A stretch of DNA of 36,502 nt from Octopus bimaculoides (taxonomy: Eukaryota): positions 41,541,290 to 41,577,791 of the forward strand of contig NC_068982.1 of the NCBI RefSeq assembly GCF_001194135.2. The letters run 5' to 3'. Made by a program: the position numbers and the translations under genes. Position 1 is the first letter of the stretch. The number at the start of each line of letters is the position of its first letter. This document shows, piece after piece, positions 11,256 through 23,225 of this stretch. The notes beneath the pieces are model-generated. The model was given only the letters and a program-made list of their open reading frames with translations, was not told the DNA's origin and made no database searches.

Positions 11256-11744
11256 CACTGTTGCAAAGTTTCATCCATCTCCTTGTCTCTGAACTAGTCC
11301 ATGTTGGAAAGAGGAGGGTTTGCATATGTAAACGTGATATAAATAGTCATCAGTTGAACTCAGAGAAATCCGAATCTTATATTCCATCAAGGACATTCCT
11401 ATTCCACCCAGGATATTTATATGGGATTACTGTCACAAGACAACTTTTCATATAAATGTATTCCTTAGCACTGTTGTTGTTTGTCTGTCTTTCTTTCTTT
11501 TTTTTTATACAAGACGCAGTTTTTTTCTCCAAAAAATGTCTCAAAAAATCACGCCAAACCCTATATTCGATGTTCGGCCTATATTACATGCTTTAATGCT
11601 CTAAAACATTTTTTCCTGACTGTGCTCTGCAGAAATTGGAGTGCATCTTAATATGCCCATACTTCTTTTATGCCATTAAATACGGTAAATATATGCATGC
11701 ATGAATACATACATACATACATACATACATACATACAAGGAATG

Positions 11745-11975
11745 CTGGTGGAAGATTCTTAATAAAAACAACAATTCAGTACAAAACAACAGACTTGGTA
11801 TCGTTCTGTTGGAGAGGGAACAAAAGTTATGCACTGTTGTAGAGCTTAGTTACCCAGCAGATGTGAACGTACCATCAATAGTCGAGGCAAAAAGAACATT
11901 TATGATGAATTAATGCGGAGCTTTGAGCTCTTGCACTTTGACAATAAATTTTCTCCATTTGTACCTATCATCACA
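11745..11975 (+). mobile_element. RLE-domain fragment of an R4/Dong- or NeSL-like non-LTR element
   Basis: NNRLGIVLLEREQKLCTVVELSYPADVNV...K, then (frameshift) YDELMRSF...FVPII: a degenerate NRPD..D/E..K endonuclease motif. Confidence 0.6.
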
Positions 11976-12830
11976 AACGCATCAAACTATTTACCTACAA
12001 ATTTACACAAGACCTGGAAACTAGGTTCTTCAAAGAAAAGAAAGAAAAAAAAAACTACATGCATTCTCCAACACCAATATATTTGTGACAGTGAAGATTT
12101 GTAGGACATTTCGTCCCCGCCCAAAAAACCACCCTTAAAAAAAATTTTTCGAACACAATTTTTCGACACACGGGGAATACGAATCTGCCAAAAAATTGGT
12201 AAAAATCGGCATCCCCNNNNNNNNNNNNNNNNNNNNNNNNNNNNNNNNNNNNNNNNNNNNNNNNNNNNNNNNNNNNNNNNNNNNNNNNNNNNNNNNNNNN
12301 NNNNNNNNNNNNNNNNNNNNNNNNNNNNNNNNNNNNNNNNNNNNNNNNNNNNNNNNNNNNNNNNNNNNNNNNNNNNNNNNNNNNNNNNNNNNNNNNNNNN
12401 NNNNNNNNNNNNNNNNNNNNNNNNNNNNNNNNNNNNNNNNNNNNNNNNNNNNNNNNNNNNNNNNNNNNNNNNNNNNNNNNNNNNNNNNNNNNNNNNNNNN
12501 NNNNNNNNNNNNNNNNNNNNNNNNNNNNNNNNNNNNNNNNNNNNNNNNNNNNNNNNNNNNAAAAGAAAAAGAAAATTTAAATAAGTAAACAAATTTGGGA
12601 GAAAATGTGTGTGTGTGTGATGGGAACGGGCGGAAGTCTTTCCGACATTTCAAAGATTCTCCATCTGAGATTCTTTATATGTACACATTTTGGAGTGTAC
12701 ATCGACAGCTTAACCGATACGCCAACTCAACCACATATTTACAAACACCGAGAACTCTGCTAACTCAAAATGTCTTGTCGCTTTGTTAGCGATCGGATTG
12801 AACTTTCTTAAGAACTTAAATAAAACTCAA

Positions 12831-12881
<51 letters not shown>

Positions 12882-13488
12882 TTCGAACTCTTTAAAATCT
12901 TAAAGATGATATCTAAAAATACAAGAGTTCATAAATTATCTTTACAATTTGAAGGGTTAAAGGTTGAAAGTTAATTTATGAATATCCTGTATTGCATTAT
13001 ATAATCTCAGTTAGGGATCAGGGGAGAGAATCATGCAAGAGGGGTATGAATACATACATAAGTGAGGATTGGCATAGCATGCCATATCACAAGATACAAC
13101 AGTTTGATATCTAATACATAAAGGATATTAAGATTATGAATAAAATAGATGCAATTCACCTTTTTATTGTCAAAGAAGAGGGGAGGCGCAAAAATTTACC
13201 AAATGTGTCGGAGGAGGGTGGTTGCAGTTGGAATGGGAGGAAGAGTAACTGTGCTGATGCATTCATTATTTCTGAGGGGGCGGGTATCGTTATTCCAAAA
13301 ACCGAGGGGTGGGGTGATTATAAAAAAAAAACTGAAATTTTTGGGAAAAAATTATTTTTCGGGGATTTGGTTGTTATTTCTAGCATGTAACGATCACACT
13401 AAGGCCTTCCACATTTTATCTGTTGGTTCAACAGAAATGTATGTACGCGCAGCGGCTATTGTTATGTAAAGGACCGGGCGATGTGTGG

Positions 13489-14045
13489 TGTCGAGAATGG
13501 CTCTCTAGGACCACATCACACAGCCGATACAATAGAGAGAAATTGAATGGAACAGATAAGCGCCAGAGGGAAAGAGACACAAGCGCATTGAATGATTAAG
13601 TGAAGATTTATTGATATGTTAACGTGTGTCTGTGTGTGCGTCATGTATACAGAATAATAAATAGATAGGCTGTCATAAGAACAAAACGTATGCGTGCGTG
13701 TGAGCATAGATGTATGCGCGAGTTAAGAACGTATAAGGACGGCAATGAAGAAGAGGACAGTGAAAGAGTCTATAGCCTTTCAAGTGAGAAGTAAGTTCAT
13801 AGACACAAGAAAGATGAGGAATACCAGTTCGTAGTCATTAGTGCTCGGTAGTTGAAATACTGTATCAGGGAGTTGCGGCCATGGTACCGAGCCGGCTGCA
13901 GGTACATGTCGTATGTGAGGTCGTGGCTGTGATGCTGATGCCTGGATCACTTGTACAGGAGTTCATACAGGTTGTATATTCGCTGTTGATCCGTGGTGAA
14001 ATAATTCACGAACAGTGAAGTGTTGGAACCTGGGTACCCTCAAAA
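13489..14045 (-). mobile_element. Solo LTR (557 bp) with 4-bp TSD, Gypsy-like
   Basis: Left end TGTCGAG 13489-13495; right end CTCAAAA 14039-14045 (decayed CTCGACA); identical GTGG at 13485-13488 and 14046-14049; AATAAA on the minus strand near 13606-13611. Confidence 0.75.
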
Positions 14046-14291
14046 GTGGGAGGAAGAAGAGATTAAATTTTTTAATTTAAATTTTGAAAAAGATTTTTTT
14101 TTTTCCAGAATCATAATTTCCATATTTTGCCGCATTGGAATTCTAAAATAAAAAACACATTTTCGGAAAAAAGGAAAACAAGAAACAAATAAAAAAAAAG
14201 GAAAGAAAGAAAAAAACGGAGGAGGAGGTAAAATTACAATCTTTGTTGTTGAGAATATAAGAACTTCGAAGAATTTTTGTGAAAAATATGT

Positions 14292-14452
14292 GGATCTTTT
14301 CCCTCTCAACGGCAGATCGAGAAATTAATTTTTTGTAATTAAACGCTTTCAAACTTCGGACACTGGTAGTATGTGTCATAAAACATCTTTTAGTCTTAAT
14401 GTTGTTGAGAAAAGTTTCTATTTTCAAAGTTATTTCGTGTTAAAGTTGTCGT
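14292..14452 (-). repeat. Dispersed repeat with GGATCTTTT terminus (copy 2)
   Basis: Inverted homolog of 4492-4654. Confidence 0.7.
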
Positions 14453-14559
14453 TATAAAATAAAAGGGGATGGAGTTAAGTTTTTATCTAAATTATCTTGT
14501 TAGCCACGGTACCACCTTATATTTAATGCGTTTACTGGAAAAAATACAACACAATGACG

Positions 14560-14977
14560 AGGTAAAAAAATAAGAGTGTTAGACAAAACTTCCCAATGAC
14601 AAAACCGTCCTAGAAAAAAAATCCCTGACGACAAAAAAACAAAAACAAAAAAACAAATAACTCTTTTAAAATCATAATTTTTATTCTTATTATTTGTAGT
14701 TTATGAACGCTTCTCTGAGATGTAAAATATTACATTAATTATATAATAACCCCAATCACAAAAATGAGCATAATAAAAAGAACGCCATACCGTACCTGAA
14801 AAATTAAAAGAAACACAATATTGAAAACCTCATTAAGTGTTGATGTTCATTTAAAGTACATTTTCACTACTACCTGATGCTGTGCCCTACGCTATTCAGA
14901 AATTCCTCCATGGTCTTCCTCTCATTCACCTAGTCCAGAGATGTATTTTGTCCTGGTGGATTTTTGTCCGGTTCACC
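14560..14977 (-). mobile_element. Possible MULE-like deletion derivative with (G)GACAAAA subterminal repeats
   Basis: Repeated GACAAAA at 14581-14640 and inverted TTTTGTCC at ~14945-14970. Minus strand 14929-14870 reads VNERKTMEEFLNSVGHSIR*, resembling MULE transposase C-termini. Confidence 0.4.
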
Positions 14978-15192
14978 CAAAACGAACATAGAGCTGGTAT
15001 TAGTTTGGCGCTAAGGAAAATGGGGTGTAAAAAAGAAGGCAACGCCTCTTTCATATTTTGTGATTCATTTTTATTGACGAATTTACTTCATCTTAGAATA
15101 TCTTCGCTCTACTTCTGTAACTTTGTCATTTGAGGTTTTTTATTTTCAATTGTCTGTTGCAAAGGTTAGTTCTTAATATGATACTAACTTTC

Positions 15193-15277
15193 AAGGCAGT
15201 GAGCTGGCTGCATCGATAGCACTCCGGACAAAATGGTTAGCAGCATTTCATTCGTCTTTACGCTCTGAGTTCAAATT
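15193..15277 (+). mobile_element. SINE family A, head fragment
   Basis: AAGGCAGTGAGCTGGCTGCATCGATAGC...GAGTTCAAATT. Confidence 0.7.
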
Positions 15278-15324
15278 GTTGAGCTGAGCAGTCACATGAG
15301 TGGATATAAATAGCTCATATGGTT

Positions 15325-16269
15325 TAAAATTTTGAACAAGACCAGCAACTTTTTAGGGAGAGTAAGTAGAGCGATTACATCAACCCAGTGCTCAGCTTTT
15401 TGTTTCTATTAAGGGCACAAGGCATGAAATTTTAGCGGGTGGGGCTTAGTTGATTATATTGGCTCCAGTGCTCCACTGGTGCTTATTTTATCAACCTCAA
15501 AAGAATGAAAGGCAAAGTCAACTTCGGTGAGATTTTACTCCAGAATGTCAAACTGGAAGAAATGCTGCAAAACATTTTGTCGGCATGCTAACGATTCTTA
15601 TTTCTTTACTGCCCACAAGGCGCTACACACAGAGGAGACAAACCAGGACAGACAAACGGATTAAGTCAATTATATCGACCTTAGTGCGTAACTGGTACTT
15701 ATTTAATCGACCCCGAAAGGATAAAAGGCAAAGTCGACCTCGGCGGAATTTGAACTCAGAACGTAGCGGCAGACGAAATACCGCTAAGCATTTCGCCCCG
15801 CGTGCTAACGTTTCTTATTTCTTTATTGCCCACAAGGGGCTAAACATAGAGGGGACAAACAAGGACAGACAAAGTGATTAAGTCGATTACATCCGCCCCA
15901 GTGCGTAACTGGTACTTAATTTATCGACCCCGAAAGGATGAAAGGCAAAGTCGACCTCGGCGGAATTTGAACATAGAACGTAGCGGCAGACGAAATACCG
16001 TTAAGCATTTCGCCCGGCGTGCTGACGTTTCTGCTAGCTCGCCGCCTTTAATAATTCTATTTACGATTGGTATAAGGCCTGGAATTTTAGGGAGGGGAGG
16101 CTAGTTGATTACGTCGACCCTAAGTTCAACTGGTGCTTATTTTATGAATCTCAAAAGTACGAATGACAAAGTCGACCTCGGTAGAATTTGAACTCAGACC
16201 GTAAAGAGTCGAAAGAAATGCCGCATGCACTTCGTTCGACGTACTAACGATTCTGCCAGCTCGTCGCCT
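15325..16269 (-). mobile_element. Cluster of family A SINEs: tail fragment ~15325-15397, copies 15414-15598, 15599-15815, 15816-16048 and 16068-16269
   Basis: Each copy carries GGCAAAGTCGACCTCGGCGGAATTTGAACTCAG or a variant. Copies at 15599 and 15816 share a distinct 3' tail (CCCACAAGGGGCTAAACATAGAGGGGAC). Confidence 0.9.
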
Positions 16270-16864
16270 CTGTAAATAGCTTATATCTCAAGGTTGTTGT
16301 TTGCAGTGTTACGAAAATATGTTGAAATAATTTAAACATTCAGCAATACAAAAGGGTCGAAAAATGTGAAAGAACGGTGTATGTATTTAAATATTTGGCA
16401 GAAACCATGAAGTACGAAACTTTTTAAAAATCATTTTACATAATAAATTGGAATTATGCAATAGAAGCAGCTCTTGGGTAAAAGCATTATCTGTACTCCT
16501 GCTTAAACGTTGGGAGCTGGGGGATTTCGTCGAAACAAAATCCCTTTAAAAACGTATAGCATTAAAAAAATGAACACAATATGTTTCAGCCCCACAAGTG
16601 ATCACGAATGCCACAGGTACGTATTTCGCAGTGATTATGACTTTTTAATGTCGCGTTCTGGTGTTACTCCCAAAACGAAATCAAATCCGCTAGCTTGAAG
16701 TATAGTTTTAAGATATATATTACGGATGCTCTGGGATGCATCATCATGCATGTTTCTGGAGAGGTCACAGATGTGTGACAAAAGATTTCCTGACAATGTA
16801 CATAAGATAAAGTAAGAACAATAATAAACGATTGGAGAACGGATATACAGTGCGTGTGTTTATT

Positions 16865-17144
16865 TGGCAAATGACCATCCTAGAGTCTTTCCGGTAGGTG
16901 TCCAGGCCGATTGTGGCAATCTTCATTGTTAATGCCAGTTGTAAACGTCCACGGCCTCCCTTTTTTCTTGGCAGATAAAGTCGATCTGCATTCTATTCAC
17001 TGTCAACAGTTTTCGTATTTTTCTGTCAAGATTACGTATTTCAGTAATTAACCAGTTAATGATATTGAAACTGTAAGTCACGACTGGTATGGCTAAAGCA
17101 TTGATCGCTTCGATCCTGTTTCTTGCATTCATCTCTGTCTTGAG

Positions 17145-17146
<2 letters not shown>
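16865..17146 (-). mobile_element. R4/Dong-like LINE fragment (post-RT region)
   Basis: MNARNRIEAINALAIPVVTYSFNIINW..EIRNLDRKIRKLLT and EGGRG; its 5' end abuts (AAT)n. Confidence 0.85.

Positions 17147-17197
<51 letters not shown>
17146..17197. repeat. (ATT)n microsatellite; a second tract at 17812-17876
   Basis: Seen directly. Confidence 0.95.
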
Positions 17198-17200
17198 GTT

Positions 17201-17810
17201 CAGTAGTTTTATTTTTATAACGTGCTTTCACTTCACTACCGAGCGCAGCTCTGTGCCTTGGGTATGTGCTGTGGTTTNNNNNNNNNNNNNNNNNNNNNNN
17301 NNNNNNNNNNNNNNNNNNNNNNNNNNNNNNNNNNNNNNNNNNNNNNNNNNNNNNNNNNNNNNNNNNNNNNNNNNNNNNNNNNNNNNNNNNNNNNNNNNNN
17401 NNNNNNNNNNNNNNNNNNNNNNNNNNNNNNNNNNNNNNNNNNNNNNNNNNNNNNNNNNNNNNNNNNNNNNNNNNNNNNNNNNNNNNNNNNNNNNNNNNNN
17501 NNNNNNNNNNNNNNNNNNNNNNNNNNNNNNNNNNNNNNNNNNNNNNNNNNNNNNNNNNNNNNNNNNNNNNNNNNNNNNNNNNNNNNNNNNNNNNNATTGG
17601 CATATCCCAGAGTATGGTTGCTTTCTCATTTTCTGTGACCTTTTCTGGCGTGTGTTTATACCATCTTTTTTCTGTTGTTATTCCATAGTGTTGGCATAGC
17701 TTCCATTGTATATAGGTCCCAGCTCTGTCGTGTCTGTGAATATATTCCTTCTTAGCCAGGACTGGGCAGCCAGATATAATATGATTTATTGTTTCTTGTC
17801 CATCGCCACA

Positions 17811-17811
<1 letters not shown>
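17201..17811 (-). mobile_element. 5'-truncated R4/Dong-like LINE (CCHC zinc knuckle, RLE region in gap, 3' UTR)
   Basis: CGDGQETINHIISGCPVLAKKEYIHRHD...ILWDMP; 3' UTR nearly identical to 33339-33420; (AAT)n on both sides. Confidence 0.9.
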
Positions 17812-17876
<65 letters not shown>

Positions 17877-17969
17877 CCAATGGATCAATTCTGATAATTG
17901 GACCTATGATAAAATCATTTGGGCTTTGCTTGCAGTGTTGAAGGATACTTTGAAGTGATTGCATCTTTT

Positions 17970-18058
17970 TATCTTCTACTTGTTTCAGTCATTGAACTGC
18001 GGCCTTGCTGGGACACCTCCTTGAAGAGTTTTGTCAACTAATCTGACACTTATTCTAT
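17970..18058 (-). mobile_element. Degenerate 3' tail of a tRNA-derived SINE
   Basis: TTGTTTCAGTCATTGAACTGCGGCCTTGCTGGGACACCTCCTTGAAG resembles tails of cephalopod SINEs as I remember them; not verifiable inside this window. Confidence 0.45.
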
Positions 18059-18129
18059 CATTCTATTATATTGTTCTCTTTTGCCGAAATGTTAAGTTGC
18101 AGAGACGTAATAAAATGAACACTGATTGT

Positions 18130-19085
18130 CAAGTTGTCGAGTGGGGATACACGGACCCGAACACATGATGCTGAATTGTTCCGATAGGTAACCATTCATC
18201 CGAATTACCGAGCAAATATCGCTGTACATTGCAGCGATCGAGTCATAGAAAATGGGACCGAAAGTAGTTGCTGTGAGAATGGTCACCAAGTATTAATGGT
18301 CGACCCTATCGAAAGCTTTAGATTGATCCAAATTGTCACATGAGGTGGAGGTTGTGGCGAATGGGTCTGCTTGAGATTGCGTATGTTTGCGCATCACAAA
18401 CCAGTTCCTCGACGATAAGCGCCAATCTTTTTGCTAACACTTTAGCCAAAATTTTGAAGTCTGCGTTCAGCAGCGGTATGGGCCTAAAACTTTCTATTTG
18501 ATCCCCCTTGTTTGGGTTCTTCCTCACCAATGTCACTGCTCTTCGACTTACAGAACAAGTAATTCTCTCGTTCTGCTGCCAGTTGCGATAGATATCTGCT
18601 TAGAGGCTGCCAATCAAATCTAGCATATAAAGGTAAATCTCGTAGGACAGACCATTCAAACCAGGTGATTTGGTCCCCATGCAGCTCATCATCGCATCTC
18701 GAATTTCCGTGGCTGTTATCCGCATTCCTGCCCCTCACGCCCACCTTTGTCGAGTGTGGTAGCATACCGTCGTGGTAGGTACTGAAGTCCATCCTGCCAT
18801 CAGGTTTACCACTCGTCCCAAACAGTTGAGCGAAGAGCTGCTGAAATGCGCAGTACTGTGCGCCCATTTTGGTCTACCAAAGACCAAATCATGGCTTTGT
18901 TGTCACGTTGCACCTCTGCCACATGGGCCCATCAAGCAACTTTCGTTCCCTCGTTTCTTAGAGCACGCACCTTAATTCTAACAATGCACCATTGGTGCTT
19001 AGCGTTGAAGAATTGGTCCTGGGCCAATCTTGCCGCCAGCGCGTCGGTTGCGATGCCTTTCCTAAGCACCTCTTCTAAGTTTCAC
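18130..19085 (-). mobile_element. L1/Tx1-clade LINE fragment (linker plus N-terminal RT)
   Basis: TLVRKNPNKGDQIESFRPIPLLNADFKILAKVLAKRL, LDQSKAFDRVDH, FGPIF..SI..MYSDI.S.IRMNG.LSE.FSI; frameshifted. Confidence 0.85.
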
Positions 19086-20110
19086 TCTAATCTATACACA
19101 TACGCGCGCGCACGCACACACACACACACACGTATATATACACGCACATATATATATACACACAAACGTATTTGGTATTGGAGACTGTCGTCTGGTTCAG
19201 CTTTAAAACAAGGGTAATCACATCCTTATACATACATATATGCATGTATACATGTATACATACATACATACATACATACATACGTATGTACCTGCGTGCG
19301 CGTGTGCGTGTATAGGTACTACGTACACACACACACACAGACGTGTGTGTGTATGTATATATATATATATATATGTATTTTTCATTTTGTTGTCGCTGGT
19401 GTTCTTGCCGTCGTTGTCGTGCTGTTGATGTTGTTTTTGTTCAGTGCCATATGTTTCGTGTTTCCAGGGAATTCTCTTGGAAACATTATGATCAGCTTCA
19501 TCAGTAAGCTTCTTTTGTTTTTCTTACTTATTCATTTTTGTCCTTTGTTCTTGTTTTAGGAAAACAAGAAACTTTTTTCAGGTTGATTTTTAAAAACTAT
19601 TTTCTAATCCCGAGTTGCATCATTGAAAAATATAATGAAGGTTATCATCTATCAATCACTCTTTTTTCGTTCAACCGGTTGTCATCTCATTTTTCTTCAA
19701 CGCCCCTCACGAAGTTTCCCACCCCACCACTCAGAAAGGGCGGTATCGCCGACTATGTGAACTACTGCTACAAAACTTAGCTAACTCTGCTCTAAATTTT
19801 AATACGCCTCAACCACCCGTGCAAGATAAAGATAACAAAACTGTCATAATATAAGAATTGAAAACTAATACGCACGAAAGTCAGGGCGTCAGAACGTGAC
19901 TGTTGCTGTTACTGATGGCAATCACTTTACGATTGTAATTAATGACCACATAATACCGTATTTTTGAGAACTGAAGAGAAGCGAAAGTAAGGTAGGGCCA
20001 CAGATTTTGCACAAGTTTTCTGTGATGAGTTCAAGTTGTGTGTTATAAATAGAGAATTTTTTTAGTCTGTTGCCTTCCTTGGTAAGCAGTTCTTTCTGTT
20101 GTGGTATAAT

Positions 20111-20142
<32 letters not shown>

Positions 20143-20477
20143 CCCACTCTCTCTCTCTATTTCTGAATAAAAACAAAATATTCTAAATTATCAATTTAAA
20201 AATGATAAACTTCTTAGAGTGTGCTTCTTCTCCGGATTTATGTTTTTCTAAAAACGATATATATATATATATATATGGAGAAATATTAATATTATTAAGT
20301 CTCTCTTATATATCAAAACTGTCCGACGAACGAGAACATGAAACTTTAGTAGTTTTTTTTGTGATTTTTGTGATGTTTTTGCAGCTTTAATAATAAAGTA
20401 TGTATGTATGTATGTATACACACACACACACACACACGCACACACACATATATATATATATATATATACACACATAC

Positions 20478-20526
<49 letters not shown>

Positions 20527-20528
20527 TA

Positions 20529-23052
20529 CAGGCATACCTCACCCTACGTCGTTAATTGGTTCCAGGACTCACAACTTAAGTCGAATTAACTTTCTCTAGG
20601 CTAAACCGATAATAACCATTCCCAGTTCTGTACTTTATTTATGAATGCATTTTCAATAATTCATGGTTAGTAAAAACCTATCTTAAGCTTACAAACAAAT
20701 AATTTCTATTTTTTAATANNNNNNNNNNNNNNNNNNNNNNNNNNNNNNNNNNNNNNNNNNNNNNNNNNNNNNNNNNNNNNNNNNNNNNNNNNNNNNNNNN
20801 NNNNNNNNNNNNNNNNNNNNNNNNNNNNNNNNNNNNNNNNNNNNNNNNNNNNNNNNNNNNNNNNNNNNNNNNNNNNNNNNNNNNNNNNNNNNNNNNNNNN
20901 NNNNNNNNNNNNNNNNNNNNNNNNNNNNNNNNNNNNNNNNNNNNNNNNNNNNNNNNNNNNNNNNNNNNNNNNNNNNNNNNNNNNNNNNNNNNNNNNNNNN
21001 NNNNNNNNNNNNNNNNNNNNNNNNNNNNNNNNNNNNNNNNNNNNNNNNNNNNNNNNNNNNNNNNNNNNNNNNNNNNNNNNNNNNNNNNNNNNNNNNNNNN
21101 NNNNNNNNNNNNNNNNNNNNNNNNNNNNNNNNNNNNNNNNNNNNNNNNNNNNNNNNNNNNNNNNNNNNNNNNNNNNNNNNNNNNNNNNNNNNNNNNNNNN
21201 NNNNNNNNNNNNGCTGCAATTTCTTTATGGTAAAGTAATGTGGCTCAGGTTCGACTTGCTCTTCTTTATTTTGCTGCTTGTGAAACTCTATCAAATCCTC
21301 GTTCGTCAGGGGCTGCTTATCTTTTTCAAATAAATCTGTGAAATCCCCCTCCTCCTCCAAATCCATTTCCAGTTCTTTGCTCGTAGTTACCAACGTTTTG
21401 TTGATGGCAACATTATCAAACCCCTTAAAATCATTCACGAATTGTGGGCAGAGCTTCTTCCGTATTCCATTCATAGCCGTGCTCTGTACATCATTCCATG
21501 CTGCTGCTATGTTCTGTACAGCCTTGTAAACATCGTATCTTTTCCAAAAGTCACGAAGTGTGATGGACTCAAGATCAGTTGCAGCTATTGCTTGCCGCAG
21601 TGTACGCTTCATATAGTAACGCCCGAAGATAGCAATTATTCCCTGATTCATTTGGCTACAGAAGAGACGTGGTTTTCGGAGCGAGATATACGACGGTAAC
21701 GTCGGGATCAAAATCTACGATGTTTTGCGGGTGGCCAGGAGCACAATCTAAGATAAGTAACACCTTACAGTACTTCTCTGCTGCTGGAATAAAATGATGG
21801 AAGAACCAATCTTCAAAAACCACAACAGTAACCCATGCTTTTGAATTAGCCATCCATATAACAGGGAGAGATGCCTTGGGTATGTTCTTCAGGGCACAGA
21901 AGTTGTGTGCATGATACACAAGCAATGTCTTTAATTTAAAACTTCTGCACAATTACCTCCAAACATAATGGTCACACACTCTTTTGAGACCTTGTAGCCT
22001 GGAATAGTTTTCTCCTCCTCGGAAATGAATGAACGGTCTGGCAATTTTTTCCAATACAATCCAGTTTCGTCGACGTTAAAAATCTGTTCGGGAAGAAACC
22101 CATTTTCTTCGAATATTTTCTTTAATGCATTAAGAAATTCAGCCGCTGCTTGTTCGTCAGCTGAAGCACTTTCACCTTGCTTCTTAATGGACTGATAACT
22201 TTTTCGCTCCTTAAATCTTATGAAACATCCTTGACTTGCCTTGAACTCTACATCTTTCTCATCTGGATATTTTTTCTTCATATCCTCAAACAAAGACAAC
22301 GCCTTCTCTTGAAAGATTTCTTGACTACTAGTACCACGCTGACGATTCAACCTAACAATCCAAAGAGAAAGAAAACTTTCCATTTCTTCAAAGATTTTGC
22401 CTCTTTTCTTATTGATGACAGTGTTCTTCATCCCTGGTGCAGCAGAATCGATATGTGCTAAAATCTTGTCCTTATTATGTACTATCGCCGATACAGTTGA
22501 CTGGATCATCCCAAAACATCGTGCAATTACTTCCACTTTTTCACCTTTTTCATGGCGTTTTATCATAGCCAATTTATCTTCCAGCATTATTGCATCACAC
22601 TTAGCACTTTCACTTTGAATTTTCTTAGGAGCCATGGAGGTAAAAAAATAAAGTCACAAAAGTAGCCGATAAACAGACGTAAAAAAATCTGAATTCAAAA
22701 CAATCGCGGGAATCACGAGTGACAACGACACCGAACGGTAGATATTGGAACTACAATACAATATGAGCTCCGAAAGACCAATAAATAAGACAACACAGCT
22801 GATTTCAAGATTTAGTTCACTAAGCTACACTCCTTTATGGTGTGTATCTTAACATTTACTGCACGTATTTCAATATGATTTTATATGCTTTTATTCTTAT
22901 TTATTGTACAGTAACATGGTTTCATGTGCTTTTAACGGTTTTCTATTGATTTTACGATTCCAGTATTCGTGGCGGACAGACGTAAAGTCGAGTAAAGTGA
23001 CTTAACTTGATCTTTATTTTTCCATATATTATTTTTGAAAACCGACGTATAN
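20529..23052 (-). mobile_element. Near full-length Tigger (pogo superfamily) DNA transposon, ~2.5 kb
   Basis: TA at 20527-20528 followed by CAGGCATACCTC, a Tigger1-type TIR start. The opposite TIR probably lies in the 10-N gap near 23052, where ACCGACGTA at 23041 resembles the inner TIR. Transposase lies between. Confidence 0.85.
21212..22635 (-). pseudogene. Tigger transposase pseudogene (HTH-psq, CENP-B HTH, DDE_1; DD32D)
   Basis: ORF 21931-22635 is intact for 234 aa (FKASQG.F.RFK, FNVDETGLYWK). After a frameshift: WMANSKAWVT, LLILDCAPGHP, TTSLL*P then +1 shift to MNQGII. The second D to the third catalytic position (mutated D>N) is 32 residues. Confidence 0.9.
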
Positions 23053-23146
23053 NNNNNNNNNTGTATGTATGTATGTATGTATGTATGGATGGATGGATGT
23101 AAGTATGTATGCATTGAATCAATTTCTGAATTCTGTAAGTAGTAGA

Positions 23147-23225
23147 CTAGAGGTTCTCAACGTGGGTAGAACCGCTTCCCATGGGAGTGCTGAGCATGTC
23201 GAAGAGGGCATTAAGCACTGGAGAA
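23147..23225 (+). mobile_element. Possible hAT-Charlie-like terminus
   Basis: TAGAGGTTCTCAACGTGGG resembles CAG.GGTTCTCAAC termini; no second end seen (gap follows). Confidence 0.3.

Noticed and set aside
12100-12647. Possible MITE with imperfect inverted ends (TGTAGGAC...CCGCCC / GGGCGG...TCCGACA)
   Set aside because: The match is weak, no TSD is seen, and most of the interior is N.
13714-13796. Mini-ORF MRELRTYKDGNEEEDSERVYSLSSE ending at a perfect GTAAGT donor
   Set aside because: It lies inside the solo LTR, with no downstream acceptor or exon evident; likely chance, though exonization cannot be excluded without RNA data.
15599-16048. Regular repeats as a CRISPR-like array; SINE heads as tRNA genes
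   Set aside because: The units are 217-bp SINEs without unique spacers; the heads have A/B boxes but no complete cloverleaf or Pol III terminator.
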